NCBI GenBank assembly: GCA_032718475.1
Contig: JAUCBJ010004628.1
Coordinates: forward strand, 1-51,255
Length of the DNA stretch: 51,255 nt
From: Nemertoderma westbladi
Taxonomy: Eukaryota > Animalia > Xenacoelomorpha
Reading direction: 5' to 3'
Each line of letters opens with the position of its first letter. Within the stretch, counting starts at the first letter, position 1. Under the pieces are notes generated by a model. It made no database searches and was not told the origin of the DNA. It was given only the letters and a program-made list of their open reading frames with translations. Below, piece after piece: positions 13,401 to 23,825 of the stretch. A program made the translations under genes and the position numbers.

Positions 13401-13603
13401 CTAGCACCTTGTGGGGCACGTTTAGACGGAGTTCTGGCACCATGGGGGGCACGTTTAGACGGAGTTCTGACACCCTGGGGGGCACGTTTAGACGGAGTTC
13501 TAGCACCTTGTGGGGCACGTTTAGACGGAGCTCTAGCACCTTGGGGGCACGTTTAGACGGAGTTCTAGCACCCTGGGGGGCTCGTTTAGACGGAGTTCTA
13601 GCA
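10488..13603. repeat. 33-bp GC-rich minisatellite (~3.1 kb) with higher-order repeats, intronic
   Basis: Unit CACGTTTAGACGGAGTTCTGGCACCCTGGGGGG; identical ORF-track blocks recur every 366 bp (10613/10979/11345) and 918 bp (11508/12426). Confidence 0.95.
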
Positions 13604-13713
13604 CTCCATGCCAACAAGTTGCTGTGACCAATAACCAACGCGCGGATTAACCACGTCTGGTAGCCGTATGTAAGTTCCGAAACAATCATACATATCTTAT
13701 ATTTTCTTTACAG

Positions 13714-13879
13714 CAAAAGGAAACCCGTTTCGCATGTTGTGAGCGGCAACCAGGCCGTAGCTGACCCCATAGCTTCCCAACCAAGCGGCTCTACCTGGGT
13801 GGATACAGCTGATCAACCCGGCAGTAATGGGGCTACCCCTGCCGCTGAACCAACCATTAACGTTCGGTTGTCATTCAAC
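13714..13879 (+). CDS. Internal exon C of the same gene
   Basis: attttctttacag| ... |gtaagt; 166 nt, phase 2 to 0, open: KRKPVSHVVSGNQAVADPIASQPSGSTWVDTADQPGSNGATPAAEPTINVRLSFN. Confidence 0.65.
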
Positions 13880-15056
13880 GTAAGTTTATACCGCAGCGAC
13901 CACGATGCGTAATGGGGACCCCAATTATTATGGTTTATACAGTATATACAAATATTACAGTTAATATATGTATATGCCTGACTTTTGAAAACAGAGACAT
14001 AACTGTAATATTAATTTAGTTTGTAACCCACAAGTTGTATTCACTCAGTGCTCAGGTAATAATACCTTGGCTGCTCGCAACGCAATATACTGTAAGCTTT
14101 ATCAAGATAATCAATAGCGAAATAAGAGTAAATTCGTAGGGGAGTATGTAGGGAGTAACAGCCAATGCGGTAACGGATATTTTGGGAAGCAGCATTACAA
14201 ACTTGTGCTCATTCTTTTTGTGCTTATGACTGAATGCAAAGTGTGTTGTGAATTATATCTCCAAAAATCGTATTAATACTGTAAGTAGCTCAGATTAGAT
14301 CTCTGCATTCTACGTTCACAGATACTGTAGGCAATGACGTTTTTATCGTTTTATTTCTGATATTTTTGATTAAATAACTTTACTTAAACTAGTTAAATAA
14401 TTAAATTTTGTCATTACATTTGATTTTGTTAAAAATTTTAACTAACCCGTTCAAGCAAATTTAATTGATATTGTATTAGAACATGGATATGGGTCAATTT
14501 GGGTCAATGCCAACCATATAGACCAATGTCCCGTACGTGATGTTTGAAATTTGTGGAATTTTGAAATTAACTTTGAGAATTTGCCATAGTGATGGTTAGA
14601 AAGAGCGATTATTTCTGCTTATGAAACCAGAAAGTGCCCCAAAACATTATTGGCCGTTATTGAGAGAAACGTTCCGGGATGCAAAAAATGAGTAAAAATT
14701 TATGTCACCTATGGGAAATTTATAAATATTTCTTTCGTACTTTATGTCCATAATTCTTGTAAGTTTTAAGTAACAGTCGTTTACTGGTGGTATTGAGGTG
14801 TCCTGTAAGATATATCAGATGGAAGTGGAAAGTTTTCTATTGAGAAAAAAATTTAAAATTCTGTCACTGATAAGAAATTTTTAATCCAGTGACAACATAA
14901 AGTTTCACTTTCTGGGAAACTTTGCCGTGAAAAGTGGGGCTAAATATTTTTTGTCCTGTTAATATGTAACAATGTGATACACAAAACTGTTTCATATCGT
15001 CAACTGAAAATCGTTATTTTATATCAAACAATTAATTTGAAAATAAGTGCTTTTTC

Positions 15057-16470
15057 TCCCGCCACACTCCCAACTCCCGCCACATTCCCAACTCCCGCCA
15101 CATTCCCAACTCCCGCCACATTTCCAACTCCCGCCACAATCCCAAATCGCGCCACAATTCCAACTACCGCCACACTCCCCACTCCCGCCACATTCCCAAC
15201 TCCCGCCACACTCCCAACTCCCGCCACATTCCCAACTCCCGCCACACTCCCCACTCCCGCCACAATCCCAACTCGCGCCACAATTCCAACTACCGTCACA
15301 CTCCCCACTCCCGCCACATTCCCAACTCCCGCCACACTCCCAACTCCCGCCACATTCCCAACTCCCGCCACACTTCCCACTCCCGCCACAATCCCAACTC
15401 GCGCCACAATTCCAACTACCGCCACACTCCCCACTCCCGCCACATTCCCAACTCCCGCCACACTCCCAACTCCCGCCACATTCCCAACTCCCTCCACATT
15501 CCCAACTCCCGCCACACTCCCAACTCCCGCACCACTATAAACTCGCGCCACACTCCCAACTTCCGCCACAATTCCAACTCCCGCCACAATCCCAACTCCC
15601 GCCACATTCTTCCGCCACACTCCCAACTCCCGCACCACTATAAACTCCCGCCACACTCCCAACTTCCGCCACAATTCCAACTCCCGCCACAATCCCAACT
15701 CCCGCCACATTCTTCCGCCACACTCCCAACTCCCGGCCACACCACTATAAACTCCCGCCACACTCCCAACTCCCGAAAAAAAATCAATTCCGGCCCCATT
15801 CCCAACTCCCGCCACAATCCCAACTCCCGCCACCCTCCCAACTCCCGCCTCAATCCCAACTCCCGCCACCCTCCCAACTCCCGCCTCAATCCCAACTCCC
15901 GCCACCCTCCCAACTCCCGCCACCCTCCCAACTCCCGCCACCCTCCCAACTTCCGCCACACTCCCAACTCCCGCACCACTCTTAATTGCCACCACACTCC
16001 CAACTCCCGCCACCCTCCCAACTTCCGCCACAATTCCAACTCCCGCCACAATCCCAACTCCCGCCACATTCTTCCGCCACATTTCCAACTCCCGAAAAAA
16101 AATCAACTCCGGCCCCATTCCCAACTCCCGCCACACTCCCAACTTCCGCCACAATTCCAACTCCCGCCACAATCCCAACTCCCGCCACATTCTTCCGCCA
16201 CACTCCCAACTCCCGGCCACACCACTATAAACTCCCGCCACACTCCCAACTCCCGAAAAAAAATCAACTCCGGCCCCATTCCCAACTCCCGCCACAATCC
16301 CAACTCCCGCCACCCTCCCAACTCCCGCCTCAATCCCAACTCCCGCCACCCTCCCAACTCCCGCCTCAATCCCAACTCCCGCCACCCTCCCAACTCCCGC
16401 CACCCTCCCAACTCCCGCCACACTCCAAACTCTCGCCACACTCCAAACTCCTGCACCACTATTAACTCCC
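15057..16470. repeat. 18-bp C-rich/G-rich minisatellite
   Basis: Unit CCCGCCACAYTCCCAACT repeated with variants and longer duplicated blocks; explains the 508-aa and other low-complexity ORFs. Confidence 0.95.
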
Positions 16471-16557
16471 CACGAAGCTCTGTGTATATTCAATAAAGAT
16501 GTAATATTATGGTTTTGTTCAGAAATGGAAAAAATTAGAAAGCGCGTCACCGGGGGT

Positions 16558-16619
16558 TGAACCAGCGCTATACGTACGTTTCAGCCTATCAGGCCTCATC
16601 AGTAGCGCTAACCAGTTCA
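16558..16619 (-). ncRNA. Type I hammerhead ribozyme
   Basis: Minus strand reads AGCGCTA-CTGATGA-GGCCT GAT AGGCT-GAA-ACGTACGT-A-TAGCGCT: full catalytic core, stems I-III, GUA cleavage triplet; stem II closed by G-U. Confidence 0.8.
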
Positions 16620-16877
16620 GCCACTTGTCCCTGACATTCACTATCCCGCCTAATCCGCTTCTATTGAACAGGCAGTCTTAGGTTGCATATCCTATCTCTA
16701 ACAGCGGACCTACCGACCTCAAGTATGTTAGAGTGAAACAGGAGGGAAGTACAAATAAATAAATATTCAGCTCGAGTATTGCTGCCAGGTGATATCTTAA
16801 GCAACTTAAGGCAACTTAAGACTGCCTGTTCAATATAAGTGGATTAGGTGGGATAGTGAATGTCAGAGACAAGTGGC

Positions 16878-16939
16878 TGAATTGGTTAGCGCTACTGATG
16901 AGGCCTGTTAGGCCGAAACGTACGTATAGCGCTGGTTCA
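16878..16939 (+). ncRNA. Type I hammerhead ribozyme (canonical core)
   Basis: AGCGCTA(16888)-CTGATGA-GGCCT GTT AGGCC-GAA-ACGTACGT-A-TAGCGCT(16933); stem I extends TGAATT/GGTTCA across a bulge; palindromic stem III; predicted cleavage after A16926. Confidence 0.9.
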
Positions 16940-18049
16940 ACCCCCGGTGTCGCGCTTTCTCATTTTTTCCATTTCTGATGAACAAAACATAATATTACAT
17001 CATTAATTACAGTTGCATTAACAGCTCAACTCCAATTTATATATTCAATAAAGTTTATCTGTGACTGGTAAGCTTTATCGAAGAGTTTAAATTGTCATTA
17101 CAGGAGAATCAAAATGAAGGATCCAAATACATATTTGAGACCGTCTTGGGCCATAAAGTTCAGACATCATGTTGAAATTTGATTTCTGTGCAGTCCAGAC
17201 CATAAGCCACACGTATTTAAAAAAAATTGAAAGTTCTATTTCTGGAGAAGGCCCAAATTAATTTCGACCAAACTTTGCCAGGGTGTGTCACATGTGTCTG
17301 TTCATTGTTTGAATATTTTTCTTGGTTCTATGTGAACTACTTAACAAGTTATGGGGGAAAGATATGGAAAAATTAGGCCTATCGCGATAGAAAATACAGT
17401 ACATTTCTCATTCAAAGTATCATAGCATGAAAACTTTTCAATGAAACATAAATAAAAATATTCAAAATGTGATTTTATCTTCAAAATGAATCATAAAACC
17501 ACCTTCTCAGAATGAAGAATTCTCAAGAAATACTGTAGGATTTTTAAAATTCCCGATCGGGTAAAATGTTGTTTCCCAGAAAACGCGTTTAAAGATAAAG
17601 GTATAGAAATCAGTTCATAAATATCGATAATATTTCAAAATTAGAGATCTATGATGTTTAAACTGTATTATTTTCATTATTCATTAAAAGCCTGGTCGGG
17701 TCACATTCAGATGGAATTATGAAAACTCCCATTATAAATAACAATAGTCACAGGTAGGGTCAATCACCCTACTACACGTTATTTATGACTGCAATACGGT
17801 ATTTTTAGATATAGAGTTTGTTTTGTTGGCTGGACCTACAGTATTATGTCTAAGTGACCAAATGGAATCAAAAGAAAAAGATGTTACGATTGGAGAGGAA
17901 GATTCCAATGAGGGGCAACCAAATATTGAACTGAGCTGATCATTTCCCGGGTCAGCTGATGTGATTAATAGCTTATCTCAGCTCACTGTTGCAAAGATTC
18001 TCAATGATTAGAAATTAAGAAAAATATGGATAAAGTGTACCTATTTCTA

Positions 18050-18577
18050 CGGTGGCTGATTGCGGCCAATTATTTCCATTTTTGAAATGTTTTTCACCCG
18101 GGTGAAAAACATTTATCCCCCGGGTGAAAAACATTTATCACCCGTGTGAAAAACATTTATCCCCCGGGTGAAAAACATTTATCACCCGTGTGAAAAACAT
18201 TTATCCCCCGGGTGAAAAACATTTATCACCCGTGTGAAAAAAATGTATCACCCGGGTGAAAAATATTTGAATGTTTAACTATTGACTTTCGTTTATTGTT
18301 TTGGTTAGAATAACATGCCACTGTAACGTGATCCTTTCTTTCCCTTAATTGATTAATAAGATTGGTCTAGATATTAATTCGCCAAGAATGAATCTGGATC
18401 AAAATGAGCTTTTGATATTATTTATAAGGAAACTAACTACATGGGTGATACATAACTACCGGGTGATAAATGTTTTTCACCCGGGTGATAAATGTTTTTC
18501 ACCCGGGTGTAAAAGAAAAAAAAACAATTAAAAAAAATATTTAAAAAATGGAAATAATTGGCCGCAATTAGCCACCG
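18050..18577. mobile_element. TA-flanked MITE with internal ~21-bp tandem repeats
   Basis: TIR CGGTGGCTGATTGCGGCCAATTATTTCCATTTTT / AAAAATGGAAATAATTGGCCGCAATTAGCCACCG, TA on both sides; internal array of TTTATCACCCGGGTGAAAA(A)CA; core 18290-18390 resembles 48107-48205. Confidence 0.75.
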
Positions 18578-19154
18578 TATCTTTTGATTATGCACTCTTT
18601 GAAATTAGGGGACTATAATAATAATAAAAATTATAAATATAATGGTCTGGGGGGTGTCCCACCCCCCCCCCCCCCCCCCCCTGTTTGAAACCGCCCCGTT
18701 TCTGATATCTCAAATTTACTACGAAGCTACTTTTATTTCTTCACAGGAATTATACTCAGCAGGGATATTAATCGTGTGGCACCTGAATTGTAAATTTAAT
18801 GGCCAAAATGAGCCCGTAATCACAATAAAAAATATTTTGAAAAATGTCCCTTTAAGTAACCATTTTTTTTTTAATTCGATGTAACTTTTTCTATAACAAA
18901 CTGTGCTTTCAGTGTATCACAGCAGGATAGGACCGATTATAGTGTATTCGGCAATCTATTTCTCAAAGCCATCCGACCATTCATTCCCGTCGAATGATTT
19001 ACATTTTTGTATATTTTTTGTCCCGTCGTGAGGTGGTCAATATGGTTGGCATTGGCCCATATATAAACCTCCTATTTATTTGAATTTATTACGTCTTCGT
19101 AATGACAACATTTTGGTTGATTGATTTCTAATAAAGTCTGGCTTCCGCTTGCAG

Positions 19155-19370
19155 GAGATGATTTCCAACAAACTGCGAGAAGTCCGCAAGTTGCCGTCCT
19201 ACCCAATATTGGCCTCGAGATTTCGATCAATGTTTCTTCTTCCCGCTATCATGTCGGCAACCCCTCTACCTAATCGGGTGTGGCAATTTAAACGAAAGAA
19301 CCCCGGGCGACCCAATAAGGGAAAAGCGGGGGCGAAAAAGGGACCGGTTAAAAAGAGGAAAAAAAAGTGA
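19155..19370 (+). CDS. Terminal exon D of the spliced gene, basic Lys-rich C-terminus
   Basis: cttccgcttgcag| phase 0, matching exon C; EMISNKLREVRKLPSYPILASRFRSMFLLPAIMSATPLPNRVWQFKRKNPGRPNKGKAGAKKGPVKKRKKK*. Confidence 0.7.
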   Translation, partial: EMISNKLREVRKLPSYPILASRFRSMFLLPAIMSATPLPNRVWQFKRKNPGRPNKGKAGAKKGPVKKRKKK

Positions 19371-19829
19371 AACTTCTGGAACGCAGATGTTTTACGACAG
19401 AAAGATTTGTGTGTGCAGGTTTACGGATTGTGCTACATATAGATACGATGAATTGTGATATACATGTGTTATGAGATATATCTTATTTTCTAGCTGCTTA
19501 AAGATTGTAAATTACATCTCATTGGGACTTACAGTATATTAGCCGTAGTCAAGAAGATTTTGAATTTATATTCTTTACTCATAGTCGGGATTGCAATATT
19601 CACTATAAATACATTTACGGTTGATAATAGAAAAAAATCTGGTTTTATAAAGTTACTCTCCTTTGTTTATAATATTGATATCCCCCCCCCCCCCCCCCCC
19701 CTCCCAAATCCGAGGTCATCTATTTTTCGTAATTTACATGTGGGCAGCTCACATCATATGGATTCCACTCCAGATCTGTAACAAGGTGCATTTTATTGAT
19801 TTTATTGCTTTTTTGTCGGGCGTTAGACC

Positions 19830-20020
19830 AGGGATTACCTACAATCACAAAGTCTGATGACTTAAGGAAACTCCAGTACTCATTTAGCTACCACAGAAGG
19901 ATGCGCCCAGGCTATCTCTTTAAAGCCCATGCCTTAACGGAAACTACCCAGCCACCATCCTGGAATCGAACCTACGACTTCTGGGAGGGATGTTAATTCA
20001 AGACAACGTGCTAGAGCGCA
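19830..20020 (-). mobile_element. Possible degenerate tRNA-derived SINE
   Basis: Perfect B box GGTTCGATTCC on the - strand (19962-19972) in a GC-richer island; no clear A box or cloverleaf. Confidence 0.3.
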
Positions 20021-20296
20021 TTGATTTGTTAGACCAGCGTTAGATCGTTCCTAGTTTTTACGCTACGCCATGCGATAATTTTACAAAACTATTATGACAG
20101 TGCAGTGTGAACAACGCAATATTAATTATTGGTGTTTCAGATTTTAGTTTAATAACAACAGCATATTATTGTAATCATTTTAGATTAAATTCTTATAAAG
20201 GAATTAAAGTATTGTAAAACATTTGTTTACAGCCTGTAAGTACAACGATAATTAAGTAGAGTTCGGACAAATGAAATCAGTCTTAGATTATTGGGT

Positions 20297-20809
20297 TTAT
20301 TTGTTTTGGTGTGCGTCATCGTAGTCCGTTTTGTGCGCCTTGTATCCGGCAGTGTAACCGTCGTTAGCATGGACGTCTTTCCTCCCTTCGATCCCCTGTC
20401 CCTTTCCTGTCTCTGCATCGAACCGCTCTTTGTGCGCCCCCGTGTACCCCGACACGTCTGTCAGTCTGTCCGTAACTCCCATTTTAACGACACCGGTTGT
20501 GTTTTTGAAGGACGGAGGTTTCAGGGACGCCACAACCTTCTGGAAGTTCTCTTCATTATCCTCTCCGAATCGCGCCTTGCCAGCTTGGTGTAGGGCTTTC
20601 TCGAATCCCTCGTAATTGATGGTCTTTTGTTTGGTTTTACAACGTGTGTAGATCATGTCCACTTCGGCGCCATCTAGATTGTTGGTTTTTTTGCGATTTT
20701 TCGTGCTGAGCTCGGCATCTTCGAGTACCTTCTTCCACATGGCCGAAGTAAGTTCGGCCTGTTTACCAAGTTTCACGTACTCCGCAAATATTTCTTTCAA
20801 ATCTCCCAT
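20297..20809 (-). CDS. TPPP: Tubulin polymerization-promoting protein (TPPP/p25-alpha family), 170 aa
   Basis: Family motifs DRLTDVSGYTGAHKERFD, GKGQGIEGR (GxGxGxxGR) and DGYTAGYK; CDS uninterrupted; acceptor cttcag|G immediately before the ATG implies a 5'UTR intron (probable donor gtgagt at 21334). Confidence 0.95.
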   Translation of the reverse strand: MGDLKEIFAEYVKLGKQAELTSAMWKKVLEDAELSTKNRKKTNNLDGAEVDMIYTRCKTKQKTINYEGFEKALHQAGKARFGEDNEENFQKVVASLKPPSFKNTTGVVKMGVTDRLTDVSGYTGAHKERFDAETGKGQGIEGRKDVHANDGYTAGYKAHKTDYDDAHQNK

Positions 20810-21416
20810 CCTGAAGTTTTCTACTTACTTATTGAAAAATAATTATATAAGTAAATTAAACGCGGTACGTAATTCGCTGAATTTGTTGCGCCTGATTGTT
20901 ACATTCTAGAATAACACAATTATTACTTGCCTTGGTGATAACCAACTGTGTAACTTGTAATTAATAAATAATATGGTATTATTTTAGCAATTCTCTTGTT
21001 TTTGGTATTCAAGTCAAGTTCGGCCGCTAAAGGGAGTTAAAAGCCCAATTTTGCTTCAATAACGGGAATCTCTCCCCTCTCCCAAATTTTTCTACAAACC
21101 TTATAGAGATCGCTTAAATTTGGGTCAGTCTTTTTATTTTGGCATTTATATTTAGCAATAATCAATCGAATAAAAATAAGGACGTTTGTATTCCATGGGA
21201 TGGTCTGTACTGATATATAGACTTCGAACCATTGACGTAAAATCTGAGACAGGGGGGGGGGGGGGGGGGGGCAATAAACTAAACACAAACTAAACACTGC
21301 CACAGTACCTCTTTCCCCAACTTCTCACACTCACCTCTACAACTCACAACCCCCGAACTCGCACTCGCACACCCACTAGCAACAACTGTGTTACACACCC
21401 GTATCCGGCTATATCG

Positions 21417-21429
21417 GTTGCCAGGCAAC
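21417..21429. promoter_or_regulatory. RFX X-box at the TPPP promoter
   Basis: Palindrome GGTTGCC-A-GGCAACC (21416-21430) ~80 nt upstream of the predicted donor of the non-coding first exon, just outside the neighbouring transposon. Confidence 0.6.
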
Positions 21430-21485
21430 CATCAGGGTTCATGCGCGTGAACTCTGGATCAGCCTTCCAATCTTTGTAAGGCCCA

Positions 21486-22676
21486 CCCAAGGTGTACTAA
21501 ATAACAGGTCATGCAGCGAGCTGATTGCTGAAATTAGCGGAGGCCGATCGTTTCCCTATTTATGGCACGTTTTTCATAATATTTCCTTAGAAACTTCTAT
21601 TAGGCTTCTTTGGTTAGGTGGATATGATGACTAGGATTCATAGAAATGTAATAAACAGTCTCTCTGGAATTTTTATCTTGTAGTTGCCAAGGTAACCGGG
21701 TGCAAAGTTCAAACTTTGCGTGCCTGTATTTCAAGGCGACAATGGATTCTTCCCTTGAGATTTGGTAGGTAAGTAAAGGGAATAAAAGTCTATCAAAATA
21801 TTTTACATTTGAATTTGTTTACATTCCCGTTGCCATGGAAATAAGTAGAATGAAAAATTTAAAAATTGTCTACTAATTCTATAAAACACCATTTCTATTC
21901 GGTTTGTCTGTCTAAATAATAAGTTAAAATTGCCAACATTTTATTTTATAATTCGTCAATTGTGAATTATATTTCTAAAAGTCAATATTTGCAAATAAAC
22001 TAAACTGTCCAATCAGAGAGCAAGACCTGTAATAGCTTGTCTGTCTAAATAATAAGTTAAAATTGCCAACATTTTATTTTATAATTCGTCAATTGTGAAT
22101 TATATTTCTAAAGTCAATATTTGCAAATAAACTAAACTGTCCAATCAGAGAGCAAGACCTGTAATAGCATGATTTTGACGTTCCAGAATATTAAATTTCG
22201 GTTAGCAAATATTAGAAATTAAGTTCAGCCACCAGGCATGTTTGTTGAAAATTATATAAGTAGTAAATAGTAGCCCAATTTCAATCTGGCGGTCATAATG
22301 GGAAATTATCGTAATTCCCGTCACCATGGAAACGGGATTGAAAAATAAATTAAATGTAAAATAATTTGATAGACTTTTATTCCCTTTACTCATATACCAA
22401 ATCTCAAGAACAGAATCCCTTGTCGTTTTGCATTACAGGCGCTCGAAATTTGAACTTTGCACCCGGTTACCTTGGCAACTACAAGATAAAAATTCCAGAA
22501 ACAAATTTTATTTCATTGCTATGAATCCTAGTCATCATATCCACCTAACCAAAGAAGCACAAAAGAAGTTTCTAATGAAATATTATGAAAAAAGTGCCAT
22601 AAATAGGGAAACGATCGGCCTCCGCTAATTTCAGCAATCCGCTCGCTGCATGACCTGTTATTTAGTACACCTTGGG
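21486..22676. mobile_element. Non-autonomous foldback DNA transposon with ~360-bp TIRs
   Basis: Ends CCCAAGGTGTACTAAATAACAGG / CCTGTTATTTAGTACACCTTGGG; CCCA direct repeat at 21482-21485 and 22677-22680; internal ~132-bp tandem duplication (~21904-22168). Confidence 0.85.
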
Positions 22677-23825
22677 CCCACCCCACACCGATTATCTATC
22701 TTTAAATTATCTCACCTAAAATACAATCATCAATAAAGTAACTCGTAACAAAATGTAGTACTCTAGATATTAATTTGCATTCTATAAAGTCATCCATAAT
22801 TATGGGCATTTGTAAAACGAGGATACCAGCAAAATCCGCGGATCCTGTTGCGGATACCATAGAAGCAATGACGGATCCCAGTAGGATCCGCGGATCCTAG
22901 AAACCACGGATCCGCGGATCCAATAATAGTCTATGGTATCCGCATTATACAAATTTGTAAAACGCGGATCCCATAGAAAACCATTAAGGCAGCGGATCCC
23001 ATAGACATCATTGAATATCCTTTACATGTCGCTTATGGTGTCCGCTGTTTACAAATTTGTAAAGAGCGGATCCCGTTCATTCAATGCAAATACCGGTACA
23101 GTAGTTAGGCCTTAATTATGTAGTTAGTTAACAGTTAAGCATATAATAACAATAATAAGCGAGCATATATTCATCTAGCATATATATATATACCGTCAGA
23201 CTGTAGCATATATTCGACAAATATATTGATATACAAAATAAACTAAAATATCACTGTATTTTTTTTATATAAATCACGAATATAAACGAGACCAAACAGT
23301 AAATTACAATAATAATATAATATATAACATCTTGTGTACTAGTGGGGTCGCTTAAGGCTGAAATATAGCAAAATCGTTAATTGCCGGACAAAAGCATGAA
23401 AATGTGACTATATATGTAAAAAAATGTGTAGATTAATCTGAGTCTGTGTACCAAAAAAATTGACTACTTCCCTAGCAACAGGGTGACTTTTTCATAGCAA
23501 CCGGATACTTTTGGTCGTATCTGTTATTGAAACTTGCCATATAGAAAAATTGCGATTATATTACTGGGTTGGTTTAAAAATAGAAGTCGAGTACACGTTC
23601 CCATAGCAACAAGGTGACCTTTCCCTAGCAACCGTTGTATATTTAATGTAATTATGATTGAAACGTGGGATAAACAACATGTCTAGCAATAGAATATGGT
23701 TATTAGTGACATCGGCGCTGATACACGTTTCCTTAGCAACAAGGTGACCTTTCCCTAGCAACTGCCTGCAATTCTGATTGAAACTTGGGATCATGTTGGG
23801 ATAATCAAACTGTATAGCAATATAA

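Larger units (their letters stand above)
16499..17039. mobile_element. Hammerhead-containing non-autonomous retroelement (retrozyme or Penelope pLTR-like), two inverted arms
   Basis: Minus-strand arm ~16499-16795 and plus-strand arm ~16815-17039, each with a hammerhead; 14-bp direct repeat TATATTCAATAAAG at 16485-16498 and 17040-17053 (TSD); second copy at 49354-49858. Confidence 0.8.
14491..19058. mobile_element. Large non-autonomous TIR DNA element, superfamily unassigned, hosting later insertions
   Basis: 25-bp inverted repeat 14501-14525 vs 19034-19058 (2 mismatches); ATAT flanks both ends (14487-14490, 19059-19062); no transposase seen. Confidence 0.45.

Noticed and set aside
10613-13689. 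ORFs with PELRLNVPPR repeats; superficial CRISPR-like periodicity
   Set aside because: Translations of a 33-bp satellite inside an intron; no unique spacers, no cas genes, frames broken by G-run indels.
14974-16550. 508-aa VAGVG-repeat ORF and PTPAT mucin/antifreeze-like ORFs
   Set aside because: An 18-bp unit stays open in several frames on both strands; frame switches occur within the array and there is no supporting gene structure.
16865-16950. tRNA gene
   Set aside because: A/B-box-like motifs and a D-arm are present, but there is no acceptor stem or anticodon arm; the middle is a hammerhead core.
19848-19885. Hammerhead-like string CTGATGA-CTTAAG-GAAAC-TCCA-GTA
   Set aside because: Stem I does not pair and stem II lacks the conserved closing pair and loop; at most a decayed relic.
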